A stretch of 64,000 bases of DNA, taken from contig DATLUZ010000226.1 of the NCBI GenBank assembly GCA_035577785.1, forward strand, positions 1,790 through 65,789, in the 5' to 3' direction. The first letter of the stretch is position 1, and every line of letters begins with the position of its first letter. Of this stretch, positions 17,890 through 27,531 are shown one piece after another. The translations under genes and the position numbers were made by a program. The stretch comes from Burkholderiales bacterium (GTDB lineage: Bacteria; Pseudomonadota; Gammaproteobacteria; Burkholderiales; SG8-39). The notes under the pieces are model-generated. The model made no database searches, was not told the DNA's origin, and worked only from the letters and a program-made list of their open reading frames with translations.

Positions 17890-18542
17890 AGCTCTATGGA
17901 TTCTGGCGCTCGCTCGCCACTTATCGCGTTAACGTCGCCCTGGCTTTGAAGAACATTTCCGTGGAAAGCAACGTTTCCATCGATCTGCTCAAAGGCGAGC
18001 AGTTGAACCCGGACTATCGCGCGGTCAATCCCCAGGCGGTGGTGCCGGCGCTCGTGCTCGACGACGGCGGGCCGCCGCTGTTCCAGTCGCTCGCCATCCT
18101 CGAGTACCTGGAGGAGACGAAGCCGCAGCCGCCGCTCCTGCCGAAAGATCCGCGCGGGCGTGCCCGGGTACGCGGACTGGCGCTGATCTCGGCGGCCGAT
18201 GGGCATCCGCTGGTGGTTCCACGAATCCGGGTCTACATGGAAAAGGAGCTCCACCTGGATGAAGCGAGCAGAAACCGGTGGTTGCAGCACTGGAGCATGG
18301 AGGCGCTGAAAGCCATCGAGAGCCATCTCGCGAAGGAGCAGGAGACCGGGCGCTTCTCGCACGGCGACTCGCCGACGATGGCGGATATCTGCCTTGCCGG
18401 GCAGGTCATCGGCGCCACCGCGTACTTCAAGTGCGATATTTCCGGCGTGCCTACGGTGAAGCGCGTCTACGACGAATGCATGAAGATCGACGCCTTCAGC
18501 CGCTTTCACCCGCTGAAGCAGCCCGGCGCCCCGGCGCACTGA
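17886..18542 (+). CDS. maiA: maleylacetoacetate/maleylpyruvate isomerase (GST zeta class)
   Basis: MKLYGFWRSLATYRVNVALALK...NPQAVVPALV...FQSLAILEYLEE. ATGA overlap with the upstream gene. Confidence 0.8.
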   Translation: MKLYGFWRSLATYRVNVALALKNISVESNVSIDLLKGEQLNPDYRAVNPQAVVPALVLDDGGPPLFQSLAILEYLEETKPQPPLLPKDPRGRARVRGLALISAADGHPLVVPRIRVYMEKELHLDEASRNRWLQHWSMEALKAIESHLAKEQETGRFSHGDSPTMADICLAGQVIGATAYFKCDISGVPTVKRVYDECMKIDAFSRFHPLKQPGAPAH

Positions 18543-19276
18543 TGAAGAGCGTCGACATCCTAGACCGGTCCAGCCTGACGAAGGGGCTGTACCAGCAGCT
18601 CTCCCTCAGAGCGGAAGAGACCGCGATCGTCACCATCGACATGCACCGCGGCCACCTCGACATGGACGTGGCGACGATGCCGGCGAAGCCCGAGGACGCC
18701 AAGCGCGTCATCGCAGCCGCGAGGGAGGCGCTCGATTTCGCCAGGCAAGCGCGCATTCCCGTGATCCACGTGATCCTCGTCTATCGCAGGCTGCCAGGGC
18801 TCGGCAGCGAGGGCATGCGCTCCTACTTCTGGAAGGCGCTGCACGCCGCGCAGGCCGAGACCGACCGCCTCACGCCCGGCCGCAAGAGCACGGTGCGCGA
18901 GCACAACATCGAGGGCTCTGCGGGCACCCAGATCATTCCGGAGCTCTACCGGGAAGGCGATTACGTCATCAACAACAAGAAGCGCCTGGACTGCTTCTAC
19001 GGCACGGACTTGAAGCAGCTCCTCGATACGCTCGGCGCGAAGAGCGTGGTGCTGATGGGAATCAACACCAACACCTGCGTGCTGAACACCGCCTTCACCG
19101 CGTTCAACTTCGACTACCGGGTCGTCGTGATGGCCGACTGCGTGGCGAGCATGTACGGCGACGATCTCCACGTGCTGGGACTGCAGAACGTCGCGCGCTG
19201 CCTCGGCTGGGTGATCACCAATCAACAGTTCTTCCACAAGATCGACGAGAGGAAATCGCATGAGATTCAGCCGTAG
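18542..19276 (+). CDS. isochorismatase-family cysteine hydrolase (amidase-like)
   Basis: VTIDMH...KKRLDCFYGT...GINTNTCVLNTA, with the catalytic Cys present. Confidence 0.85.
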   Translation: MKSVDILDRSSLTKGLYQQLSLRAEETAIVTIDMHRGHLDMDVATMPAKPEDAKRVIAAAREALDFARQARIPVIHVILVYRRLPGLGSEGMRSYFWKALHAAQAETDRLTPGRKSTVREHNIEGSAGTQIIPELYREGDYVINNKKRLDCFYGTDLKQLLDTLGAKSVVLMGINTNTCVLNTAFTAFNFDYRVVVMADCVASMYGDDLHVLGLQNVARCLGWVITNQQFFHKIDERKSHEIQP

Positions 19277-20498
19277 GCGCTTCATCCAGGCCGCAGGAGC
19301 AACCGCTGGCCTCGTCTCGCTTCCGAGCTTTCCTCAAGGAAACCCGATTCGGGTCGGTCTCGTCACGGTCAAGACCGGGCCGCTCGCCTCCGGCGGAATC
19401 GACATGGAGCGCGCGCTGGTGCAGTACCTGAAGGAGCGCAACGACACCCTCGCCGGGCGCAAGATCGAGCTGATCGTCGCCGACTCGGGCGGGGTTCCGG
19501 CGCAGGCGCGCACCAAGATCCAGGAGCTGGTCGAGCGCGACAAGATCCACGTCATGATCGGGCCGCTCGACACCGCTTCGGCGCTCGCGGCCGACGACTA
19601 CATCCGCTCGGCCCAGCTCCTGACGCTGTCGGTCGCGGCGGCCGACGACATGACTCAGAGGAAGCCGAATCCCTGGTTCACGCGCGGCACGTCGACCGCC
19701 TCCCAGTGCGCGCACCCGATGGCGGACTATTGCTACAAGACCCTCGGGTATCGCCGCATGGTCCTGATCGCCGACGACATCGCCTACGGCCACGAGATGT
19801 GCGCCGGGTTCCAGCGCGTGTTCGAGGAACTGGGCGGCAAGGTCGTGCAGAAGACCTTCCCGCCGCTGACCGTGCCCGACTATGGCACCTACCTCGCGCA
19901 GCTGAACCGCAAGGCCGAGGCGATCTACCTCGGCTTCGCCGGCTCGAACGGCTTCCGCTACGTGCGCCAGCTCAACGAGTACGGGCTTACCGGGAAGATG
20001 AAGATCGTCGGCGGCATGACGGCGCTCGACGAGGCGGTGCTGCGCAACATGGGGGACGAGGCGCTCGGCATTCTCACCGCGTGCTGGTATTCGGCGGAGA
20101 TCGACAATCCGATCAACAAGAAGTTTGCCGCCGCGTTCCGCAAGGAATGGAAGTACGACCCCGGCTTCTACGCCGCCGCCACGTACACCGAAGCCGCCGT
20201 GCTCCAGGCCACGCTCGAACGGATCAAGGGCAACATCGAGGACAAGCCGGCGTTCATGAAGGCGGTGCGCTCGATCAAGGTAGATACCTGCCGCGGGCCG
20301 GTGTCCTTCGACCAGTACGGCAACGTGGTGGGCAACGTCTACGTCCGGCGGGTCGCTCGCAAGGAGGGAAGGCTGGTGAACGAGGTGGTGTACACGTACC
20401 CGAACGTGAGCCAGTTCTGGACCTACAAGCCCGAGGAGTATCTGAAGAACCCGCCCTACACCCGGGATTACCCCCCCGCCAAGAATCTGGAGTCGTAA
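19260..20498 (+). CDS. Liv-type (Peripla_BP_6) ABC substrate-binding protein with a Tat-like signal
   Basis: MRFSRRRFIQAAGATAGL leader. Followed by LivH/M/G/F-type genes. Confidence 0.85.
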   Translation: MRFSRRRFIQAAGATAGLVSLPSFPQGNPIRVGLVTVKTGPLASGGIDMERALVQYLKERNDTLAGRKIELIVADSGGVPAQARTKIQELVERDKIHVMIGPLDTASALAADDYIRSAQLLTLSVAAADDMTQRKPNPWFTRGTSTASQCAHPMADYCYKTLGYRRMVLIADDIAYGHEMCAGFQRVFEELGGKVVQKTFPPLTVPDYGTYLAQLNRKAEAIYLGFAGSNGFRYVRQLNEYGLTGKMKIVGGMTALDEAVLRNMGDEALGILTACWYSAEIDNPINKKFAAAFRKEWKYDPGFYAAATYTEAAVLQATLERIKGNIEDKPAFMKAVRSIKVDTCRGPVSFDQYGNVVGNVYVRRVARKEGRLVNEVVYTYPNVSQFWTYKPEEYLKNPPYTRDYPPAKNLES

Positions 20499-20538
20499 GC
20501 TGCAGTACTGGGCGATCCAGACGCTCAACAGCCTCGCG

Positions 20539-21360
20539 TTGGGCGGGCTGCTCTTCCTGCTCGCCGCCGGGTTCTCGCTCATCTTCGGCCTGATGAGGAT
20601 CGCGAACCTGACGCACGGCGGGCTTTTCATGCTCGGTGCCTATCTCGGCGTGAGCGTCCTCAAGGTGGTGCCGAACCTGTGGTTCGCGGCGCTCGCCGCA
20701 GGGCTTGCGGTGGCGCTCTTCGGCGGCCTGCTCGAGCGTTTCATCCTGAGGAAGCTCGCCGGCAACGTCCTCTCCCAGGTGCTGGTGACGCTGGGGTTCG
20801 CGTTCATCATCGCCGACCTGTGCCTCGTCGTCTGGGGAGGCGACCCGATCCCGGTGCCGACGCCGGCGTTCCTGCAGCGGCCGGTGTTCATCGCGGGGCT
20901 CGCCTTTCCGGCGTACCGGCTGGCAGTAGTCGCGATCGCCGTCCTTGTAGGAATTTTCTTGTACTTCTTAATGGAAAAGACCCGATTGGGCGCGATGATC
21001 CGTGCCGGGGTGGACGATCGTGACATGGCGCGCGCGGTCGGGATCCCGGTGTCGCGGCTCTTCACCACCGTGTTCTGCCTCGGCGCGGCGCTCGCCGGCG
21101 CAGGCGGCGTGATCGGCGGCCCGATCATGTCGGCGTACCCGGGCCTCGACTCCGACATGCTGCCGCTCGCCCTGATCGTGGTGATCCTCGGCGGCGTCGG
21201 CAGCCTGGTGGGCGCCTTCGTCGGCGCCTTCATCACGGGATTCGTCTACACCTTCGGCGTGGCGCGCTTTCCCGACCTCGCCTACGTGGTTCTCTTCCTT
21301 CCGATGATCCTGGTGATCGCATTCCGGCCGAGGGGCCTCTTCGGGAGGTTCGCGGCGTGA
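20539..21360 (+). CDS. branched-chain amino acid-type ABC permease (LivH-like); probable CTG start at 20500
   Basis: LivH N-terminal similarity (QYWAIQTLNSLALGG) starts at CTG 20500, which lies 7 nt after a GGAG. TTG 20539 is the first canonical start. Confidence 0.85.
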   Translation: MGGLLFLLAAGFSLIFGLMRIANLTHGGLFMLGAYLGVSVLKVVPNLWFAALAAGLAVALFGGLLERFILRKLAGNVLSQVLVTLGFAFIIADLCLVVWGGDPIPVPTPAFLQRPVFIAGLAFPAYRLAVVAIAVLVGIFLYFLMEKTRLGAMIRAGVDDRDMARAVGIPVSRLFTTVFCLGAALAGAGGVIGGPIMSAYPGLDSDMLPLALIVVILGGVGSLVGAFVGAFITGFVYTFGVARFPDLAYVVLFLPMILVIAFRPRGLFGRFAA

Positions 21361-22283
21361 TCCGCTGGATCGTGCTGCTCGCGGCGTTGCTCGCGCTTCC
21401 GTTCGCGATGGGCGAGTACTACATCAACCTGACGAGCCAGATCTTCATCTTTGCGATCTTCGTCTCCAGCATCAATCTGCTCCTCGGCTACGGCGGCCTG
21501 CCGACCCTCGGCCACGCCTCGTATCTCGGGGTCGCCGCCTACGCATGCGCGCTCCTGTACCTCAAGGCGGGCGCGTCGCACTTCGTCGCGGCGTTCCTTG
21601 CGCTCGCGGGGACCACGCTCATGGCGGCGGTGTTCGGCCTCATCGCGCTGCGCGCCGCGGGGCTCGGCTTCCTGATGCTCACGCTCGCGCTCTCCCAGGT
21701 GCTCTGGGGGACGGCCTACCGCTGGGTCGCGATGACCGACGGCGACAACGGGGTGCGCGGGTTGAGCCGCCCGGCGCCGTTCGGCCTCAACCTCGACAAC
21801 CCGACCACGTTCTACTTCTGCACTCTGGCGGTCGCGGCGGCGGCGGTGTGGCTGATGGCGCGCTTCGTCGGCTCGCCACTCGGCGCCGCGCTGCGCGGCA
21901 CGCGCGACCAGCCGAGGCGCATGGCGGCGCTCGGCCACCACGTGTGGATGGTCCGCTGGGTCGCGTTCATCTACTCCGGGTTCTGGGGCGCGGTCTCCGG
22001 ACTGCTCTTCGTCTACTACCACAAGTACATCCACCCGGTTTCGCTCTCGCTCACCAACTCGGCGGAAGGCCTGCTCGCGGTGATCGCCGGTGGCTCGGGC
22101 ACGCTGGGCGGACCGCTGCTCGGCGCGGCCATCGTCATGCTGTTGAAGAATTACGTCTCCGGCTACGTCGAGCGCTGGAACATGCTGATGGGCATCGTGT
22201 TCGTGGTGATCGTGGTCTTCATGCCGGAAGGCGTGGTTCCAGGGGTGCAAAGGCTATGGCGGCGCTTCAGATCCAAAACCTGA
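21357..22283 (+). CDS. branched-chain amino acid-type ABC permease (LivM-like)
   Basis: Polytopic. Contains GYGGLPTLGHASYLGVAAY. GTGA overlap with the upstream gene. Confidence 0.85.
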   Translation: MIRWIVLLAALLALPFAMGEYYINLTSQIFIFAIFVSSINLLLGYGGLPTLGHASYLGVAAYACALLYLKAGASHFVAAFLALAGTTLMAAVFGLIALRAAGLGFLMLTLALSQVLWGTAYRWVAMTDGDNGVRGLSRPAPFGLNLDNPTTFYFCTLAVAAAAVWLMARFVGSPLGAALRGTRDQPRRMAALGHHVWMVRWVAFIYSGFWGAVSGLLFVYYHKYIHPVSLSLTNSAEGLLAVIAGGSGTLGGPLLGAAIVMLLKNYVSGYVERWNMLMGIVFVVIVVFMPEGVVPGVQRLWRRFRSKT

Positions 22284-22987
22284 AGAAGTCTTTCGGTGGC
22301 CTGCCTGCCATCAACGGCGTGTCGCTCGAGGTCGCGCCGGGCGAGCGGCGCCTCATCATCGGCCCCAACGGCGCCGGGAAGACGACGCTATTCAACCTCA
22401 TCACGGGAGACCTGCCGGCGGACGCCGGCAGCATCGCGCTGTTCGAGCGGCCGATGACCCGGCTCGCGACCCACCGGCGGGCGCACCTCGGGCTCGGCCG
22501 CACCTACCAGATCATCACGCTGTTCCCGAGGGACTCGCTCGAGCACAACATCGCGCTCTCGCTCCTCGGGCTGCGCAAGCTCCGCTGGAATGCCTTCGGC
22601 ACCATTCCGCCCGGCCTCTACGAGGAGGCGAAGGCGGTGTTGAAGCGTGTCGGCCTGGAGGCGCTGGCGAAGCGGCCGCTGTCCGAGGTCGCCTACGGCG
22701 ACAAGCGCAGGGTCGAGATCGCGATGGCGCTGGCGCAGGCGCCGAAGGTGCTGCTCCTCGACGAGCCGCTCGCCGGCCTGTCGCGCGAGGAGCGGGTCGC
22801 CGTCAAGGCGCTGATCGCGGGCATCCCGCGCGACGTGACGGTGGTGATGATCGAGCACGACATGGATACGGCGCTCGACATGGCCGAGCGCATCACCGTG
22901 CTGCACTACGGCAGCGTGATCGTGGAAGGAAGCCGCGCGCAGGTCGTTGCGGATCCGCGAACCCGAGAAGTCTATCTTGGCCATTAA
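22256..22987 (+). CDS. ABC ATP-binding protein (LivG-like)
   Basis: Walker A GPNGAGKTT, YGDKRRVEIA signature variant, Walker B LLLDEPLAGL. Confidence 0.9.
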   Translation: MAALQIQNLKKSFGGLPAINGVSLEVAPGERRLIIGPNGAGKTTLFNLITGDLPADAGSIALFERPMTRLATHRRAHLGLGRTYQIITLFPRDSLEHNIALSLLGLRKLRWNAFGTIPPGLYEEAKAVLKRVGLEALAKRPLSEVAYGDKRRVEIAMALAQAPKVLLLDEPLAGLSREERVAVKALIAGIPRDVTVVMIEHDMDTALDMAERITVLHYGSVIVEGSRAQVVADPRTREVYLGH

Positions 22988-23696
22988 CGAAAACGCCCCG
23001 GCCCTTGCCCTGGAAGACGTGGACGCGCTCTATGGCGACAGCCACGTGCTGCACTCGGTCACGTTCAGCGTCGCCGAGGGCAGGGTGCTCGCCTTGCTCG
23101 GCCGCAACGGCGCCGGCAAGACCACGTGCATGAACACGGTGATCGGCTGGCTGCGCCCGCGCCGGGGCGCGGTGCGCCTCTTCGGCGAGGCGATCGAGCG
23201 CCTGTCGCCCGAGGCCATCGCGCGCAAGGGCGCGGGACTGGTGCCGCAGGGCCGGCGCGTGTTCCCGACGCTCACCGTGCGCGAGAACCTGGGGGTCGCA
23301 TTCCGAAAAGGCCCCGCCGGCTGGACCCTCAAAGGCGTGTTCGACCTGTTCCCCCGGCTGAGCGAGCGCGCCGAGCAGCACGCCGGCTCGCTCTCGGGCG
23401 GCGAGCAGCAGATGCTCGCGATCGGGCGCGCCCTCATGGGGAACCCGCGGCTGCTGCTTCTCGACGAGCCCTCCGAGGGGCTCGCCCCGCTCATCGTCGC
23501 GGAGGTCGGCCGCACCATCGCCAAGCTGAAGGCGCAGGGCCAGTCGATCGTGCTGGTCGAGCAGAACGTGAAGATGGCCCTGGAGCTCGCCGACGACGCG
23601 GTGCTCCTCAACACCGGGCGCGTCGCTTTCTCCGGGCCGGCGGCGCAGGTGCGCGACAATCCGACCCTCATTACCCAACACCTGGGAGTGTTCTAG
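22947..23696 (+). CDS. ABC ATP-binding protein (LivF-like)
   Basis: GRNGAGKTT, LSGGEQQML, LLLDEPSEGL. An alternative TTG start at 22977 is possible. Confidence 0.9.
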   Translation: MRIREPEKSILAINENAPALALEDVDALYGDSHVLHSVTFSVAEGRVLALLGRNGAGKTTCMNTVIGWLRPRRGAVRLFGEAIERLSPEAIARKGAGLVPQGRRVFPTLTVRENLGVAFRKGPAGWTLKGVFDLFPRLSERAEQHAGSLSGGEQQMLAIGRALMGNPRLLLLDEPSEGLAPLIVAEVGRTIAKLKAQGQSIVLVEQNVKMALELADDAVLLNTGRVAFSGPAAQVRDNPTLITQHLGVF

Positions 23697-24782
23697 ATGA
23701 TGTACAGCTGCGCCCCCGCTTCACGGGGTTCCACCGTAGTTGCAAAGAAAAAAACCGGAAAAAGCCTCAGGATCGACCTGCATTGTCATTACGCCAATCC
23801 CGACGTAGCGGCGAAGGTGGCCGACCGCAACCCGGCGCAGTACGACCCGAACGTCAAGTTCGCCAACGCGCTCACGCGCGAAACCAACCAGAAGCAGATG
23901 CGCGATCGCGCGCCCAAGCTGTCCTCGATCGAGGTGCGGCTGAAGGACATGGACCGGATGGGGATCGACATCCAGGCGGTGTCGCCCGCGCCTATGCAGA
24001 CCTACTACTGGACCGAGCCGGGCGAGGGCCAGGCGCTCGCCCGCATGGTGAACGAGCGCCTCGCCGAGATCGTGTCGAAGTGGCCCGATCGCTTTGTGGC
24101 GCTCGGCACCGTGCCGTTGCAGAACGCGGATCTCGCCGTTTCGGAATTGACTCATTGCGTGAAAAACCTGGGGCTGCGCGGCGTCGAGATCAATCCCAGC
24201 GTGAACGGCATGGATCTGACGGATCAGAGGCTCGACCTGGAACGCTTCTTCGCCAAGGCCGAGGAGCTCGGCATCGTGATCTTCATGCATCCGATCGGCT
24301 TCACGCAAGGCGAGCGGCTGATGAACCACTACTTCAACAACGTGATCGGCAACCCGCTCGAGACCACGGTGGCCGCGAGCCATCTCATCTTCGACGGCGT
24401 GCTGGAGCGCCATCCGAAGCTGAGGATCGTGCTGCCGCACGCCGGGGGCTATCTCGCCCACTACTGGGCGCGCATGGACCATGCATGGAAGGCGCGCCCC
24501 GACTGCCGCAGCGTGATCAAGAAGAAGCCCTCGAGCTACCTGGAGAAGTTCTATTTCGACACCATCACCTTCGACCAGACGATGCTCGGCAACATGGTCG
24601 AGCGCTACGGCGCCGACCATGTGGTGCTCGGCACCGACTATCCCTACGACATGGGCATGGAGCACCCGGTCGACTTCATCGGCGGGACCAAGGGCATTTC
24701 CGCTGCGGATAAGGCGAAGATCATGGGCGGGAACGCCGCTCGCTTGCTAGGGATCAGTGCAAATCGTCGGGATCGCCGGTAG
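23697..24782 (+). CDS. amidohydrolase_2 family protein (ACMSD/LigW-like decarboxylase or hydratase)
   Basis: IDLHCHY (HxH), FMHP, LPHAGG and LGTDYPYD metal-ligand pattern. Confidence 0.85.
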   Translation: MMYSCAPASRGSTVVAKKKTGKSLRIDLHCHYANPDVAAKVADRNPAQYDPNVKFANALTRETNQKQMRDRAPKLSSIEVRLKDMDRMGIDIQAVSPAPMQTYYWTEPGEGQALARMVNERLAEIVSKWPDRFVALGTVPLQNADLAVSELTHCVKNLGLRGVEINPSVNGMDLTDQRLDLERFFAKAEELGIVIFMHPIGFTQGERLMNHYFNNVIGNPLETTVAASHLIFDGVLERHPKLRIVLPHAGGYLAHYWARMDHAWKARPDCRSVIKKKPSSYLEKFYFDTITFDQTMLGNMVERYGADHVVLGTDYPYDMGMEHPVDFIGGTKGISAADKAKIMGGNAARLLGISANRRDRR

Positions 24783-25305
24783 CCTGCGCGCCGGCTCGTT
24801 CAACGCCGCGCTGCTGCGCGCCGCGGTCGAAGAGTGTCCGCAGCAGGCGACCCTCGCGATCGAATCCATCCGCGGCATCCCCCTTTACGATGGCGACGTG
24901 GAGGCTGCGCAGGGCATTCCCGCGCGCGCCGCCGAGCTCAAGGAGCGCATCGCCGCCGCCGATGCGCTCCTTCTCGTCACTCCCGAGTACAACAACTCGA
25001 TTCCCGGCGTGTTCAAGAACGCGATCGACTGGATGACACGGCCGCCGGCGGACGTCCCACGCGTGTTCAAGGGGCGCGCGGTGGGACTGATCGGGGCCTC
25101 GCCCGGCGCCTACGGCACGGTGCTGTCCCAGACGGCGTGGCTGCCGGTGTTTCGTACGCTGGGCATGCGCCCGTACTTCGGCCAGCTGCTTTACGTGGGC
25201 GGCGCGGCCAAGGTATTCGACGCCTCGGGCAGGCTCGCCGACGATGCCATCCGCGCGCGGCTTCGAAAGTACCTGGAAGGCTTTGTCGAGTTCGTCGCCG
25301 GCTAG
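24757..25305 (+). CDS. NAD(P)H-dependent FMN reductase
   Basis: MQIVGIAGSLRAGSFN...LVTPEYNNSIPGVFKNAIDW. GTG start overlaps the upstream gene by 26 nt. Confidence 0.85.
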   Translation: MQIVGIAGSLRAGSFNAALLRAAVEECPQQATLAIESIRGIPLYDGDVEAAQGIPARAAELKERIAAADALLLVTPEYNNSIPGVFKNAIDWMTRPPADVPRVFKGRAVGLIGASPGAYGTVLSQTAWLPVFRTLGMRPYFGQLLYVGGAAKVFDASGRLADDAIRARLRKYLEGFVEFVAG

Positions 25306-25333
25306 GCTAGAATCGGACAAAAGGAGGAGTCGA

Positions 25334-26593
25334 ATGAATTTCACGCGAAGGAAGGTTCTCAGCGCAGTCGGCGCCGGCGCGGTCGCGGCGGCGTTGCCGC
25401 GGCGCAAGGCGTTCGCTCAACAGGGGCCTGTCAAGATCGGCATGAGCATGCCGCAGACCGGCTCGCTCGGCGCCGGCGGACAGGCCGCGCTGCTCGCGCT
25501 GCGCATGTGGGTCGAGGACGTGAACCAGAAGGGCGGCCTGCTCGGCCGCAAGGTCGACTTCACCGTCTACGACGACCAGACCAACCCGGCCAACGTCCCG
25601 GGCATCTACACCAAGCTGCTCGACGTCGACAAGGTCGACCTGCTGATCGCGCCCTACGGCACGGTGCCCACCGCGCCGATCATGCCGATGGTGAAGCAGC
25701 GCGGGCTGCTCCTCATGGGCAACTTCTCGTTCCAGGTGAACGCGAAGGTGCAGCACGACATGTGGTTCAACAACTCGCCCTGGAACGACGCCTCGAGCTG
25801 GTCCGACGGCTTCTTCAGCAACGGGCAGAAGCTCGGCTCGAAGACCCTCGCGGTGCTCGCGGCCGACAACGATTTCGCGCAGAACCTGGCGAACGGCGCG
25901 CGCGAGCTCGCCAAGAAGGCCGGCATCAAGTCGGTGTACGACCAGAACTACCCGCCGACGACCACCGACTTTTCGTCGCTCATCCGCGGCATCCGCGCCG
26001 CCAAGCCCGACATGGTCTTCGTGATGTCCTACCCGAACGACTCCGTGGCGATCGTGCGCGCGGTGAACGAGATCGGCGTCGGCTCCGGGGTCAAGATGTT
26101 CGGCGGTGGCATGGTCGGACTGCAGTTCACGCCGATCATGTCCACCCTCGGCAGCCAGCTGAACGGCATCGTGAACTACAACTCGTACGTTCCCGGCATG
26201 AAGTACCCCGGCATCGAGGATTTCCTCGCGCGCTACGCCAAGAAGGCGGCCGAGGCGAAGGTCGACCCGCTCGGCTTTTACCTGCCGCCGTTCAACTACG
26301 CCATCGGCCAGATGCTGGAGCAAGCGGTGAACGGCACCAAGAGCCTCGACCAGAAGAAGCTGGCCGAGTACCTGCACAAGAACGAGATGAAGACCATCGT
26401 CGGGCCGATCAGCTTCGACAAGAACGGCGAATGGGCCAAGCCGCGCGTGGTGCAGGCGCAGTTCCGCGGCGTGGTGGACAAGGACGTCGAGCAGTTCCGC
26501 CAGCCCGGCAAGCAGGTGGTGATCTATCCGAACGACTACAAGACCGGCGAGGTGATCGCGCCGTTCGAGAAGGCGCGCTCGGCCAAGGGATAG
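25334..26593 (+). CDS. Liv-type (Peripla_BP_6) ABC substrate-binding protein
   Basis: Signal peptide, then VKIGMSMPQTGSLGAGG. SD AAGGAGGAG upstream of ATG 25334. Confidence 0.85.
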   Translation: MNFTRRKVLSAVGAGAVAAALPRRKAFAQQGPVKIGMSMPQTGSLGAGGQAALLALRMWVEDVNQKGGLLGRKVDFTVYDDQTNPANVPGIYTKLLDVDKVDLLIAPYGTVPTAPIMPMVKQRGLLLMGNFSFQVNAKVQHDMWFNNSPWNDASSWSDGFFSNGQKLGSKTLAVLAADNDFAQNLANGARELAKKAGIKSVYDQNYPPTTTDFSSLIRGIRAAKPDMVFVMSYPNDSVAIVRAVNEIGVGSGVKMFGGGMVGLQFTPIMSTLGSQLNGIVNYNSYVPGMKYPGIEDFLARYAKKAAEAKVDPLGFYLPPFNYAIGQMLEQAVNGTKSLDQKKLAEYLHKNEMKTIVGPISFDKNGEWAKPRVVQAQFRGVVDKDVEQFRQPGKQVVIYPNDYKTGEVIAPFEKARSAKG

Positions 26594-26616
26594 CGGCACT
26601 CCCTTGAGATAGCGGA

Positions 26617-26647
26617 GACGGCGCGGCACGACCGCGCCGTCTTTTTT
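26617..26647 (+). terminator. Rho-independent terminator/attenuator between the binding-protein and permease genes
   Basis: GACGGCGCGG-cacga-CCGCGCCGTC, a perfect 10-bp stem, followed by TTTTTT. Confidence 0.7.
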
Positions 26648-26655
26648 GGGGGCAT

Positions 26656-27531
26656 ATGGATTTTTCGTTCGACCTGCTGCTCGAGGCGCTGCTCTTCGGC
26701 GTGTTGCTGGGGTGCTTCTACGCCGCGGTGAGTATCGGGCTGTCGGTTTCCTTCGGCCTGCTCGACGTGCCGCACGTCGCCCACCCGGCGGTGATGATCC
26801 TAGGCTCGTATTTCACCTACGTTCTGGCGAATTACGGCCTGGACCCGATCGTGGCCGGGGTCGTGCTGATGCCGGCGTTCTTTCTCCTCGGTATCCTGAT
26901 CTACCGCTTCTACTACGAGACGTTCGAGAAGCGCGGCAGCGAGGCCGGAGTGCGCGGGCTCGCGTTCTTCTTCGGCCTCGCCTTCATCATCGAGGTGGCG
27001 CTGATCCTCGGCTTCGGCGTCGACCAGCGCACCGTGCAAGCGGCGTACATCGGCTCGAGCCTCGAGCTTGGCGACTACCGCGTACCGTACCGCATGCTGG
27101 TGGCCTTCGGCGTCGCACTCGTCCTGACGTTTTCTCTAACGATCTATCTGTCGAAAACCTTCACGGGCCGCGCGATCAAGGCGGTGGCGCAGGACGAGCC
27201 GGCGCTGCGCCTGATGGGCGCGAACCCGGTGCGCGTCAAACAGTGGGCGTTCGGCATCGCGACCGGCGTGAGCGCGCTCGCGGGCGCCATGCTCATCATC
27301 GTCGGACCGGTCGAGCCGGCGATGGACCGGCTCTACATCGGGCGCACCTTCTGCGTCGTCGTGCTCGCCGGGCTCGGCAGCATGACCGGCACGCTCGCCG
27401 CGGGCCTCATCCTCGGTGTAGCGGAATCGGTGGTGCTGATGATGTTCGGCGCTTCGTGGGCGCCGGCCGTGGCCTTTGGTCTTCTCCTGGTGGTGCTCGG
27501 CATCCGGCCCCAGGGACTGTTCGGAAGATGA
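26656..27531 (+). CDS. branched-chain amino acid-type ABC permease (LivH-like)
   Basis: MDFSFDLLLEALLFGVLLG...VPHVAHP. 291 aa, polytopic. Confidence 0.85.
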   Translation: MDFSFDLLLEALLFGVLLGCFYAAVSIGLSVSFGLLDVPHVAHPAVMILGSYFTYVLANYGLDPIVAGVVLMPAFFLLGILIYRFYYETFEKRGSEAGVRGLAFFFGLAFIIEVALILGFGVDQRTVQAAYIGSSLELGDYRVPYRMLVAFGVALVLTFSLTIYLSKTFTGRAIKAVAQDEPALRLMGANPVRVKQWAFGIATGVSALAGAMLIIVGPVEPAMDRLYIGRTFCVVVLAGLGSMTGTLAAGLILGVAESVVLMMFGASWAPAVAFGLLLVVLGIRPQGLFGR

